Shown piece by piece: positions 28,579 through 37,692 of a DNA stretch of 55,247 nucleotides (the first letter of the stretch is position 1; every line of letters starts with the position of its first letter). A program made the translations under genes and the position numbers. The notes beneath the pieces are model-generated. The model did no database searches. It saw only the letters and a list, made by a program, of their open reading frames with translations, and had not been told where the DNA came from. Source of the stretch: Thermoplasmata archaeon (GTDB lineage Archaea; Thermoplasmatota; Thermoplasmata; Lutacidiplasmatales; UBA184); contig JASHOP010000098.1 in the NCBI GenBank assembly GCA_030041075.1, positions 1-55,247 on the forward strand. The letters run 5' to 3'.

Positions 28579-29404
28579 GCTCGCGGACCGCGTCCGCCAG
28601 CTGGGCCCGGGTGTTCATGACGATCGGCCCGTACCAGGCGACCGGCTCGTGGAGGGGACGGCCCGCGACGAGGAGGAACCGCATCCCGCCCGCGCCCGCC
28701 CAGAGGCGGACCGAGCCCCCCGGACCGAACAGCACGGTCTCGCCGGCGGCGATCGGGCGGGGGTCCGCCCCGTCGGCGGCGCCGTCGCCGTCGATCGCGT
28801 GGGCGAAGACGGTGTACCCCGGCGGCGTGGGGTTCGCGAACGCCTCGCCGGGGGTCAGGCGCACGTCGAGGTACGTCGGGTCGACCGGGATCCCCCGGAC
28901 CGGGCCTTCGACGGAGCCGTGCGTCCCGGCGACGACGCGGACCTCCGCGCCGGTGTCGGCGCGGACGGTCGGGAGGTCGGCGGCGCCGAGTCCGCGGTAG
29001 GCCGGCGTCGACATCTTCTCGCGGGACGGGAGGTTGACCCAGAGCTGGAAGCCGGCCAGCGGCCCGTCCGTCCGCTGGGGCATCTCCTGGTGGATGATGC
29101 CGCTGCCGGAGTTCATCCACTGGACATCCCCCGCACCGATCACGCCGGAGTTGCCGAGCGTGTCGCCGTGCTCGACGCGTCCGTCGAGCACGTACGTCAC
29201 GGTCTCGATCCCCCGGTGCGGGTGCCACGGGAACCCGGCGAGGTAGTCGTCGGGGTCGCTCGACCCGAACCGGTCGAGGAGCAGGAACGGGTCGAACAGC
29301 GGGACCTCGTTGTTCGAGAACGAACGCCGGAGTCGGACGCCGGCGCCCTCGAGCGTCGGGACCCCGGGAAAGCGGCGCACGATCGAGCGGACAGGATCGG
29401 TCAT
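28529..29404 (-). CDS. Pirin family protein
   Basis: DPFLLLD, HPHRGIETVTY, GIIHQE, QLWVNLP and GPIVMN motifs. Confidence 0.95.
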   Translation of the reverse strand: MTDPVRSIVRRFPGVPTLEGAGVRLRRSFSNNEVPLFDPFLLLDRFGSSDPDDYLAGFPWHPHRGIETVTYVLDGRVEHGDTLGNSGVIGAGDVQWMNSGSGIIHQEMPQRTDGPLAGFQLWVNLPSREKMSTPAYRGLGAADLPTVRADTGAEVRVVAGTHGSVEGPVRGIPVDPTYLDVRLTPGEAFANPTPPGYTVFAHAIDGDGAADGADPRPIAAGETVLFGPGGSVRLWAGAGGMRFLLVAGRPLHEPVAWYGPIVMNTRAQLADAVRELNAGSFVRERRPIVEE

Positions 29405-29405
29405 G

Positions 29406-29422
29406 GATTACCTTGGGTAATC
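29406..29422. promoter_or_regulatory. Inverted repeat, candidate operator of the pirin gene
   Basis: GATTACC-ttg-GGTAATC is a perfect 7-bp palindrome lying between a TATA-like CTTAAG (29439-29444) and the ATG. Confidence 0.55.
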
Positions 29423-29582
29423 GAATGTACTGGAGCAACTTAAGCGTTCGGTGCCCCGGAGGTAACCCGCGGACGCGGGAGACCGCCTGCCTCCGGCGCG
29501 GTCCCGGACCGAGGCCGTCCCGGCTCCCGCCGGCTCCGACCGTCGCGCTTATCCCGCACCGCGAGGCTCTCGAGCGGGGATC

Positions 29583-30785
29583 GTGTCCGAGACCGGCTCG
29601 CTGCTCCGCCGCCTCGAATGCCGGGCGTGCTGCGCGGAGGTCCCCCCGGACCGACCCGTGGGGGTCTGCCCGACGTGCGGGCACGCCCTCTTCGCGACGT
29701 ACGATCTCGACCGGCTCGACGCGGCGGCGTGGCGCCGGGAACTCGCGGGGCGGCCCCCGACGCTCTGGCGGTATCGCGAGCTGCTGCCGATCGCCTCGTC
29801 GCGATCGATCGCCTCGCTCGGCGAGGCGACGTCCCCCGTGCTCCCGCTCGAGGGCGTCGACGGCCTCGAACGGATCGAAGTGTGGCTCAAGGACGATGGC
29901 GGACTCCCGACCGGGTCGTTCAAGGCGCGCGGGATGGCGGTCGCCGTCTCGCGGGCGACCGAGCTCGGGCTCCGCGACCTGTTCGTCCCCACCGCGGGCA
30001 ACGCCGGCGTGGCGCTGGCCGCCTACGGCGCCCGCGCCCGGCTGCGCGTGCGCGTGTACATGCCCGAGGGGACCCCCGCACCGATGAAGGCGGCCGCCCG
30101 CGGGTACGGGGCGGAGGTCCGCACGCTGCCGGGCACGCTCCGGGAGGTCGGCGCGGCGGCCCGGGCGGCCGAGAAGGGGTCCGGATCGTTCGACATGTCG
30201 ACGCTGCGCGAGCCGTACCGTGTCGAGGGGAAGAAGACGATGGGCCTCGAGATCTTCGAGCGGATGGCGGACGAGGGGCTGCCGGACGCGATCGTCTACC
30301 CGACCGGCGGAGGGACGGGGCTCGTCGGGATGTTCAAGGCGTTCCGCGAGCTCCGGTCGCTGGGCCTGCTCGAGCGCGTCCCTCGGCTGCTGGCCGTCCA
30401 ACCGGAAGGATGCGCCCCGATCGTGCGCGCGCTCCGCGACGGGCGGCCGAGCGCCGAGCCGTGGGACCCGGCGTCGACGATCGCGCCCGGTCTCCTCGTT
30501 CCCGCCCCGTTCGCGTCGGAGCGGGTGCTGGAGGCGATCCGCGAGAGCCGGGGGGGCGGGGTCGTCGTCGCCGATCGGGCGATCGCATCCGCGGTGCGGG
30601 AGCTGGCGCAGCGCCACGGCGTCTCCGCCTCCCCCGAAGGGGCCGCGGCGTACGCGGCCCTGCCCACGCTCGCGAAGGAGAACCTCCTCCGTGACGGCGA
30701 GAGGGTCCTCCTCTACAACACGGGGAGCGGTATCCCGTTCGTGGGCGCGGCGTGGACGGTCGAGCCCGGGGCCGGCTCGCCCTGA
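29583..30785 (+). CDS. thrC: Threonine synthase (PLP fold II, N-terminal Zn ribbon)
   Basis: CxxC..CPTC, LWRYRELLP, PTGSFKARG, EGKKT and PTGGG motifs. Confidence 0.85.
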   Translation: MSETGSLLRRLECRACCAEVPPDRPVGVCPTCGHALFATYDLDRLDAAAWRRELAGRPPTLWRYRELLPIASSRSIASLGEATSPVLPLEGVDGLERIEVWLKDDGGLPTGSFKARGMAVAVSRATELGLRDLFVPTAGNAGVALAAYGARARLRVRVYMPEGTPAPMKAAARGYGAEVRTLPGTLREVGAAARAAEKGSGSFDMSTLREPYRVEGKKTMGLEIFERMADEGLPDAIVYPTGGGTGLVGMFKAFRELRSLGLLERVPRLLAVQPEGCAPIVRALRDGRPSAEPWDPASTIAPGLLVPAPFASERVLEAIRESRGGGVVVADRAIASAVRELAQRHGVSASPEGAAAYAALPTLAKENLLRDGERVLLYNTGSGIPFVGAAWTVEPGAGSP

Positions 30786-30815
30786 GGCGACCGTCGGCGG
30801 ACCCGCCGGCGGCGA

Positions 30816-32135
30816 CTACCAGCGCGCGCGTCGGGCCGGGTAGCGCCCGCCGCGGCGGTCGTCGCGTCGCCCGGAGCGGGGCGGGGGTGATCCCCTCGGG
30901 GGCCGCCCGCGCCCGGGTCGCCCGCCGCCGGGGAACGGGGCGCGGCCGGGATCGGCCGCGGGGGGTGCCGTCAGGTCGAACCCCGGTAGCTGCGAGCGCG
31001 GGATCTTGTTGCCGAGCAACCGCTCGATCCGGGCGAGATCGCCCTCCTCCTCCGCCGACACGAGGGTCAGCGCGTCACCCTGGCGCTGGGCGCGGGCGGT
31101 GCGGCCGACCCGATGGATGTAGACCTCGGGCTCGTGGGGGACGTCGTAGTTGATGACGTGGCTCACGCCCTCGACGTCCAGCCCGCGCGCGGCGATGTCG
31201 GTCGCGACCAGGAGGCGCTGCGCCCCCCGACGGAAGCCGTCGAGCGCCCGGACCCGCTGGCTCTGGCTCCGGCCGCCGTGCAGGACCCCGGCCTCGAACC
31301 CGCGCCGCACGAGCTGGTCGACGAGCCGGTCGGCGCGGTGCTTCGTCCGGACGAACACGAGCACGCTCGACATCGTCGCGTCGCGCAGCAGCTCGACCAG
31401 AAGGTCCGTCTTCCGGGTCGCGGGCACGGAGAGCACGAGGTGGGAGACCCCGACCGCCGCGGCGGTGGTCGGATCGACCTGGACCATCTTCGGGTCCCGG
31501 AGGTAGTCGTGCGCGAGGCGGACGACCTCGGGCGGCATCGTGGCGGAGAACAGCATCGTCTGGCGCTGGGCCGGGATCGACCGTAGGATCCTCCGGACGT
31601 CGGGAAGGAACCCCATGTCGAGCATGCGATCCCCCTCGTCCAGGACCAGGATCCGCAGGGCGGAGAAGTCGACGTACCCCCGGCTCATGTGGTCGAGCAG
31701 CCGACCCGGCGTGGCGATGATGATCTCGGCCCGGCCCCGGAGCGCGCGTTCCTGCTCGAGCATGCCCACGCCCCCGTACACCGCGGCGCCGCGGACCCGG
31801 GTGTGGTGGCCGAGCTGCCGGACGAACTCCTGGGCCTGGAGGGCGAGCTCCCGCGTCGGGGTGAGGACGAGCGCGTAGATGCGGCCCGGGGGAAGCTCCA
31901 GCAGCCGCTCGAGCGTCGGGAGGAGGAACGCCGCGGTCTTGCCGGTCCCGGTCTGGGCCGTGCCGACCAGGTCTCGTCCCAGTACCGCGGGCGGTATCGT
32001 GCGGTCCTGGATCGGCGTCGGAGTCGTATAACCCATCGCGCGGACACCTAGGCGGAGCCGGGGGTCGAGGGGGAGGTCGTCGAAGGTCGTCGCCGGGGTC
32101 CGGGGGCGGGGTGGTGCGGTCTCGGGGTCGGTCAT
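30816..32135 (-). CDS. DEAD-box RNA helicase (RhlE-like)
   Basis: Q motif, AQTGTGKT, PTRELA, TPGR, DEGD, SAT, ARGLD and HRVGRTAR; RG-rich tail. Confidence 0.95.
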   Translation of the reverse strand: MTDPETAPPRPRTPATTFDDLPLDPRLRLGVRAMGYTTPTPIQDRTIPPAVLGRDLVGTAQTGTGKTAAFLLPTLERLLELPPGRIYALVLTPTRELALQAQEFVRQLGHHTRVRGAAVYGGVGMLEQERALRGRAEIIIATPGRLLDHMSRGYVDFSALRILVLDEGDRMLDMGFLPDVRRILRSIPAQRQTMLFSATMPPEVVRLAHDYLRDPKMVQVDPTTAAAVGVSHLVLSVPATRKTDLLVELLRDATMSSVLVFVRTKHRADRLVDQLVRRGFEAGVLHGGRSQSQRVRALDGFRRGAQRLLVATDIAARGLDVEGVSHVINYDVPHEPEVYIHRVGRTARAQRQGDALTLVSAEEEGDLARIERLLGNKIPRSQLPGFDLTAPPAADPGRAPFPGGGRPGRGRPPRGSPPPRSGRRDDRRGGRYPARRARW

Positions 32136-32275
32136 CGGTGCTCGCGGTTCGCCCAATCCGCGTTCGCCGACCGGGTTCCGTTCTCCGGGATCGAGCCGAC
32201 CCTCGGTTAATACGTCTGGCCCCCCTGCGCCGGGGTCGAACGAAGGCTCCGGAGCGATCCGGGGGGCCGCCGCCC

Positions 32276-33901
32276 CTACCGGAGACCGACGATCTCGCCG
32301 TCGTCGGAGAGGCCGATCGTCTCGGTCGCCGGATGCTCGGGGAGACCCGGAAGGGTGACGATCGACCCGACGATCGCCACCGTGAACCCCGCACCGGACC
32401 AGCGCGCGAGACGGCGGACCCGGACGGGGAACCCCGTCGGCCGGCCGATCTTCCGGGCGTCGTCCGAGAGCGACCGCGGGGTCTTCGCGATGCAGACCGG
32501 GCCGTTCGCCTCGCCCATCGCTCGGATCCGCTCGAGGTCGGCGGTCGCCTCGGGCGAGAACTCCACCGACGCGCCCCCGTAGAACTCGGTCACGATCCGG
32601 GCCAGGGCGTCCTCCACCGAGGCGTCCGCCGGATACGCCGGGTGGCTCCGCTGGCCCCGGGCCGCCGCCTCGATCACGAGCCGCGCGAGGTTCTCGGCTC
32701 CCGATCCCCCGTCCTGGAACACCGTCGTGACCGCGCACGGGGCCCCACGCTCCGCGCAGAACCGCTCGACCCGATCGATCTCCTCGGGAGCGTCGTGGGG
32801 GAACCGGTTCAGGGCGACGATCGGGTCGAGGCCGATCCGGCGGAGGTTGTCGAGGTGCTGGTCGAGGTTCGCCAGCCCGCGCTCCACCGCCTCCGCCGAG
32901 ACCTCGTCCTCCGCGCCTCCTCCGTGATGGCGCAGCGCCCGGACCGTCGCGACCACGACCCCGACGTTCGCGTCGAGGTGGGACTGGCGCGAGACGATGT
33001 CGACGAACTTCTCCGCGCCCAGCTCGGTGGCGAAGCCGGCCTCCACGACGCAGAACTCGCTCAGCGAGACCCCGGCCCGCATCGCGAGGACGCTGCAGGT
33101 GCCGTGCGCGACGTTCGCGTACGGTATCCCGTGGACGAACGCCGCGGTCCCCTCGGCCGTCTGGACGAGGTTCGGCGCGAGCGCGGTGGCCAGCAGCGTC
33201 GCGACGGACCCCTCGGCGGCCAGGTCGCTCGCCCGGACCGGGCCGCCGCTCCCGTTGCGGGCGACGACGATCCGGCCCAGCCGGCGCTTCAGGTCGGCGT
33301 AGTCTCCGGCGAGGGCATGGATCGCCGCCACCTCCGTAGCCGCGGTGACGGCGAACTGTCCCGGCCGGGGGAAACCGGGCCCGGAGGCCGAGAGACCGGT
33401 GGTGATGTCACGGAGCGACCGGTCCTCGATCGAGGAGGCGCGGGGAAGGAGCGGGCGGTCCGTCGCGAGGCCGAGCGAGTTGCCCCGGAAGATGTGGTGG
33501 TCGACGAGCGCGGCGAGGAGGTTCTGCGCGTTGGCGATCGCGTCGAGGTCGCCCGTCAGGCCGAGATCGATGACGCTTCGCGGTTCAACGGTCGACCGAC
33601 CCCCGCCGGTCGCGCCTCCCTTGGAGCCGAACACCGGGCCGATCGACGGCTGGCGAAGGCAGACGATCGCTCGGTGTCCGAGCCGCTCGAGCGCCATCGC
33701 CAGGCCGATCGACACGACCGTCTTTCCCTCGCCGTGCTCGGTCGCCGTCATCGCGCTCACGAGGACGAGGTGGCCCCGGTGGGAACCCGAGTACCGCGAG
33801 CGGACCAGCGCGACCGGAACCTTCAGCGCGCCCCGGCCCGCGGGGATCAGGTCGTCCGGTCGGAACCCGATGCTCGAGGCGACCTGCCCGATCGACTTCA
33901 T
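32276..33901 (-). CDS. fhs: Formate--tetrahydrofolate ligase
   Basis: GEGKT, KGGATGGG, PNLVQT.EG, ANVAHG, EAGF..LGAEKF and CIAKT motifs. Confidence 0.93.
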   Translation of the reverse strand: MKSIGQVASSIGFRPDDLIPAGRGALKVPVALVRSRYSGSHRGHLVLVSAMTATEHGEGKTVVSIGLAMALERLGHRAIVCLRQPSIGPVFGSKGGATGGGRSTVEPRSVIDLGLTGDLDAIANAQNLLAALVDHHIFRGNSLGLATDRPLLPRASSIEDRSLRDITTGLSASGPGFPRPGQFAVTAATEVAAIHALAGDYADLKRRLGRIVVARNGSGGPVRASDLAAEGSVATLLATALAPNLVQTAEGTAAFVHGIPYANVAHGTCSVLAMRAGVSLSEFCVVEAGFATELGAEKFVDIVSRQSHLDANVGVVVATVRALRHHGGGAEDEVSAEAVERGLANLDQHLDNLRRIGLDPIVALNRFPHDAPEEIDRVERFCAERGAPCAVTTVFQDGGSGAENLARLVIEAAARGQRSHPAYPADASVEDALARIVTEFYGGASVEFSPEATADLERIRAMGEANGPVCIAKTPRSLSDDARKIGRPTGFPVRVRRLARWSGAGFTVAIVGSIVTLPGLPEHPATETIGLSDDGEIVGLR

Positions 33902-33938
33902 CGACGACCTTTCGGTTCCGCCGCGGGAGACATTCCGG

Positions 33939-34526
33939 CTACGTATCTCCGACGGGTGGATCGGCCCGGGGCCGGAACGGGCGGACCGTGAACCGGTACT
34001 CGAAGAACAACGCGTCGGCGACCGGGTGGTCCCAGTACCGGGGGGTCGGCACGAATCCCTGGTCCCGGTAGACCCGGATCGCGGCGCGCATCGCCGGAAG
34101 CGTGTCGAGGACCACCCTACGGTAGCCGTACTTCCGAGCTCGCTCGAGGAGCGAGCGGGTGAGGCGAAGACCCAGGCCCCGGCCCCGATAGCGGGGTCGC
34201 ACGTAGACCCGCTTGATCTCGCCGACCGAACGGCTCCGTCGGCGCAGCGCTCCGCATCCGACCGGGGTCCGACCGATGCGGGCGATCACGAGCGCCCCCC
34301 CGGGGGGTCGGTACGAGCCGGGAAGTCCCTCGATCTCCGCGTCGAGCTCGCGGAGCCCCCGCTTGAGCACGGGATCCGGGAACGCGGTGATCTCGCGGTG
34401 GGTCGCGAGCCAGTCCCGGTACTCCTTCATCAGCGTCCTCGCGACGGCGATGTCGTCGGGGCTCGTCGCCCGGCAAACGGAGACCGTTCCCCGAGCGTGG
34501 CGCGGTCGCTCGCTAGCCGGGCCCAA
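33939..34526 (-). CDS. GNAT N-acetyltransferase (start uncertain)
   Basis: ELDAEIEGLPGSY.PP.G, GCGALR, EIKRVYVRP..RGRGLG and LDTLP.M motifs. The TTG at 34526 is chosen tentatively. Confidence 0.85.
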   Translation of the reverse strand: MGPASERPRHARGTVSVCRATSPDDIAVARTLMKEYRDWLATHREITAFPDPVLKRGLRELDAEIEGLPGSYRPPGGALVIARIGRTPVGCGALRRRSRSVGEIKRVYVRPRYRGRGLGLRLTRSLLERARKYGYRRVVLDTLPAMRAAIRVYRDQGFVPTPRYWDHPVADALFFEYRFTVRPFRPRADPPVGDT

Positions 34527-34857
34527 CGCTGCGCTCCGCGATGCGGACGGTCGGGCCGCTCGTTCGGGGGGGTCCGGGTCCCGCCGGATCGTCGCGCGCG
34601 GATCGGTCGATCGCCGGAGCGGCCGAGGACCGACGGATCGAGGACACCGCCCGCGCAGTATCGACCGGTTCATGGGCGTTGCTCCTGCGTCGCCGGGTTC
34701 CGTCGTGCGTCGTACGGTCGACGGCAGCGCGTCGGGGCCTGGAGCTCCTCTCGGCCATCGGCCGCGGCTCGAGCTCGATCCGGGGCAGAACGGTCGGGTC
34801 GACCGCACCCTGGGAACCCCGGAGACGCGACGGGAAAATCCCTAAGGGCAGGAACGG

Positions 34858-35721
34858 GTGAGCCGCCCACGCCGACCGATGGGCGATGAGTGGCTGACGT
34901 GGCACCGGTCCTACGAGGACGACCCAACGATGGCGGGGCGCCTCCGCGAGGTCCAGCGCGCGATCCGGCGCGTGCTGGACATCCTCCCGCCGGGCCCGAT
35001 CCGCGTGGTCAGCGGCTGCTCGGGGGACGGTCGCGACCTGCTCGGAGCGCTCGTCGCTCATCCGCGAGCCCGCGACGTGACGGCGCGGCTGGTCGACCTC
35101 ACCCCGGAGCTGGTGCGCCGGGGACGCCGGCGCGCCCACCGAGCCGGGCTGACGAACGTGAGGTTCGTTCTCGGGGACGCGTCGATCGCCGACGCGTACA
35201 TGGGCGCGGTTCCTGCCGACCTGGTGCTGTTCTGCGGGATCTTCGGCAACATCAGCGATGCGGACGTCCACCGGTCGATCCGCCACCTCCCCGAGCTTTG
35301 CGCCGAGGGGGCGACGGTGATCTGGACGCGGGGCCGCTTCCGGCCGGACCTGACTCCGGCGATCCGCGCGTGGTTCGAGCGCGCCGGGTTCGTCGAACGA
35401 TCGTTCGTGACGATCCCCGGGTCGACCAAGGCGGTCGGCGTGCACCGCCTGGCTCGCACCCCGTCCCCCCTTCGACCGGGCGTGCGGCTGTTCACCTTCC
35501 TCCCCTACGCGCGTAGGCCCGCGACGCTCGCGGGGACTCGCGGTCGCGGCCGGAGCGGGCCGGGGGGAGATCGCCCGGCCGCTACCGGTTCGAGAGGGCC
35601 GGAGTCGGGGCCTACCACGGCGCAGAAGCGGACGCCGCGCGGTCGGAACGGGACGCACGGGTCGCCGTTCTTCCATGGGGTGCGCAGACCGCCCAACGAT
35701 GGAGGAGGCCCGTCCGCATGA
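34858..35721 (+). CDS. Class I SAM-dependent methyltransferase
   Basis: VVSGCSGDGRDL, GDAS and ADLVLFCGIFGNI motifs; low-complexity tail after RLFTF. Confidence 0.82.
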   Translation: MSRPRRPMGDEWLTWHRSYEDDPTMAGRLREVQRAIRRVLDILPPGPIRVVSGCSGDGRDLLGALVAHPRARDVTARLVDLTPELVRRGRRRAHRAGLTNVRFVLGDASIADAYMGAVPADLVLFCGIFGNISDADVHRSIRHLPELCAEGATVIWTRGRFRPDLTPAIRAWFERAGFVERSFVTIPGSTKAVGVHRLARTPSPLRPGVRLFTFLPYARRPATLAGTRGRGRSGPGGDRPAATGSRGPESGPTTAQKRTPRGRNGTHGSPFFHGVRRPPNDGGGPSA

Positions 35722-35780
35722 CCTGCCGACTTGGCGATCCGCCTCCTGACGGTCGCCGCCTCGTCGGAACGGGCCCCATC

Positions 35781-35786
35781 TTAATA
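35781..35786 (+). promoter_or_regulatory. TATA box of the DNA methyltransferase gene
   Basis: TTAATA about 25 nt upstream of the ATG at 35812. Confidence 0.6.
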
Positions 35787-35811
35787 CGCGGCGAGCCGTC
35801 GGCGCGGATCG

Positions 35812-37389
35812 ATGAGCCCCCCGGCCTCCCGGGCCGACGTGGAGGTCGATCCTGTGGCCAGCGCCATCGGCCGAGCCGGGATGACGGGCATCACCCTGAA
35901 GCAGCTCGCGGCGGTCACCAGCCTGCCGCCCGGCCGTGTCACCGATCGCGTGGAGCGGCTGGCCGCCGACCGGACCATCGCCCGTCACGGTCGCGGACTC
36001 TGGGTCCTGAGCCGGTTTGCCGCGGGTCGCCCGACACCGCCCTCCTTCCGGAGTCCGGCATGGTTCTCCCGCGCCTTCGAACGACAGTTCGGTGTCCGGA
36101 TCGGACGGCAGAGCGGAGAGATCCAGTTCAGTCCGAACGAGAAGCGCCCGGTCCATCGCTGGTGGCCGTACGTCCAGGGGTTTTCCGCCGGATTCGTGGA
36201 GCTGACGTGCCGGCGGTTCGGGATCGGGCGGGGATCCGTGGTCCTAGACCCGTTCTGCGGTAGCGGAACGGTCCCCGTGACGGCGCGCTCCCTCGGAGCG
36301 CTGGGGATCGGCATCGACATGATGCCGGTGGCGGCGTTCGTGGCCGCCGCCAAGTCCGAGTGGGAGGTCGACCCGGACGCATTTTGGAGGTCCGCGCTGA
36401 CCGTCGCCCGGGTCCGGGGCGACCCGACCCTGGCCCGTCCGTTCCTGCGGGAGACCGACCGTCAGTTCGACGGAGCGGTCCTGCGCTCGCTCCTGCGGCT
36501 CAAGGAGAGTGTCTGGTCGCAGGACGACGGCGCGGCCAAGACGCTTCTCAAGCTCGTGTTCGCGAGCATCCTGATCGACTGCAGCAATCTCAAGCGCGCG
36601 CCCTGCCTCGGCTACACGCACAAGCCGGGGCGGACGGGGGAGACTCCGTACGACCGGTTCCGGGCCCGTGCCGGACGGGTCCGGGACGATCTCCGCCTTC
36701 TCCAGAGGACGCCCGGAAGGTGGGGCCCCAAACCCCAGATTCATCTCGGCAGCTCCGCGGTGGTCAAGCTCCGCAGCGGGACCGCCGACCTCGCGATCAC
36801 CAGCCCGCCGTACGTCAGCGGGATGGACTACGTGATGAACTACAAGATCGACCTCGCCTGGCTCGACTTCGTTCGCTCGTACGAGGAGCTGGCCCGGTTG
36901 CGCGCCGCGATGGTCGCCTGCGACAACATCCCTCGGAGCACGGCGGCCGAGCACGCGCCTTCCGATTGGGCCCGCTCGGACGACTGGTTGCGCTCGGTGG
37001 CGACGAGCGTAGCGAGAAACATCGACGCGAAGGGCGCGTACCGGCGGGACGACATGGCCGCGATCGTGACGAAGTATTTCGACGACCTCGTCCCGGTCGT
37101 TCGGAACGTCTACGATGCCCTCAAGCCGGGCGGCCGTTTCGTGGTCGTGAACGGCGACTCGCTGATCGCCGGGACCTACGTCCCGGGGGACATGATCTTC
37201 GCCCGTCTCGCCGTCCGGGCAGGGTTCGAGGTCGAGGCGTTCGATGTCGCTCGCGAGCGGCGCTCGGGCCAGCATCGGGGCTTCGTGCTTCGGGAGTCGA
37301 TCGCCACGCTGCGCAAGCCGGGTCCGTACGCTCCGCCGCACGCGGTCCGAGCGGTTCGCGAACCCGGGAGCCCCGACCTGCCGAACTGA
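35812..37389 (+). CDS. Amino-DNA methyltransferase (probably N4-cytosine) with N-terminal winged-HTH-like extension
   Basis: HRWWPYVQGFS, motif I DPFCGSGT preceding motif IV TSPPY (alpha-type order), and LKPGG. Confidence 0.88.
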   Translation: MSPPASRADVEVDPVASAIGRAGMTGITLKQLAAVTSLPPGRVTDRVERLAADRTIARHGRGLWVLSRFAAGRPTPPSFRSPAWFSRAFERQFGVRIGRQSGEIQFSPNEKRPVHRWWPYVQGFSAGFVELTCRRFGIGRGSVVLDPFCGSGTVPVTARSLGALGIGIDMMPVAAFVAAAKSEWEVDPDAFWRSALTVARVRGDPTLARPFLRETDRQFDGAVLRSLLRLKESVWSQDDGAAKTLLKLVFASILIDCSNLKRAPCLGYTHKPGRTGETPYDRFRARAGRVRDDLRLLQRTPGRWGPKPQIHLGSSAVVKLRSGTADLAITSPPYVSGMDYVMNYKIDLAWLDFVRSYEELARLRAAMVACDNIPRSTAAEHAPSDWARSDDWLRSVATSVARNIDAKGAYRRDDMAAIVTKYFDDLVPVVRNVYDALKPGGRFVVVNGDSLIAGTYVPGDMIFARLAVRAGFEVEAFDVARERRSGQHRGFVLRESIATLRKPGPYAPPHAVRAVREPGSPDLPN

Positions 37390-37692
37390 GCCACCGACCG
37401 CGCGCTCGGGCCCCACCGGTTTCGTCCGCCGACGCGAGGCGAAGGTCGACGGCCCGGCTCCTGGGCCGGGACCGGGTCCCGCACTGCCCTCGGCGTTCCC
37501 CCCGGCTCGATCCGCTCGTCCTCGAGCCGGATCGCCCGAGGGCGGAGTCCGTCGGCGCCCGGGGCGGGTCGTCCCGCGCCGCGCGTGGCCCGGTCACGAC
37601 CGGTAGAGGTCCCTGGGAGCGCCGTCGGCCCGGAGCCGAACCGATCCGATCGGAGTTCGGGACCTTAATCTACCACCGCCAGTTCGCAGGCC

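Noticed and set aside
37489..37506. Near-identical CTCGGCGTTCCCCC(C)GGC also present just after the NiCoT stop (~52717)
   Set aside because: Only two short GC-rich copies, compatible with chance.
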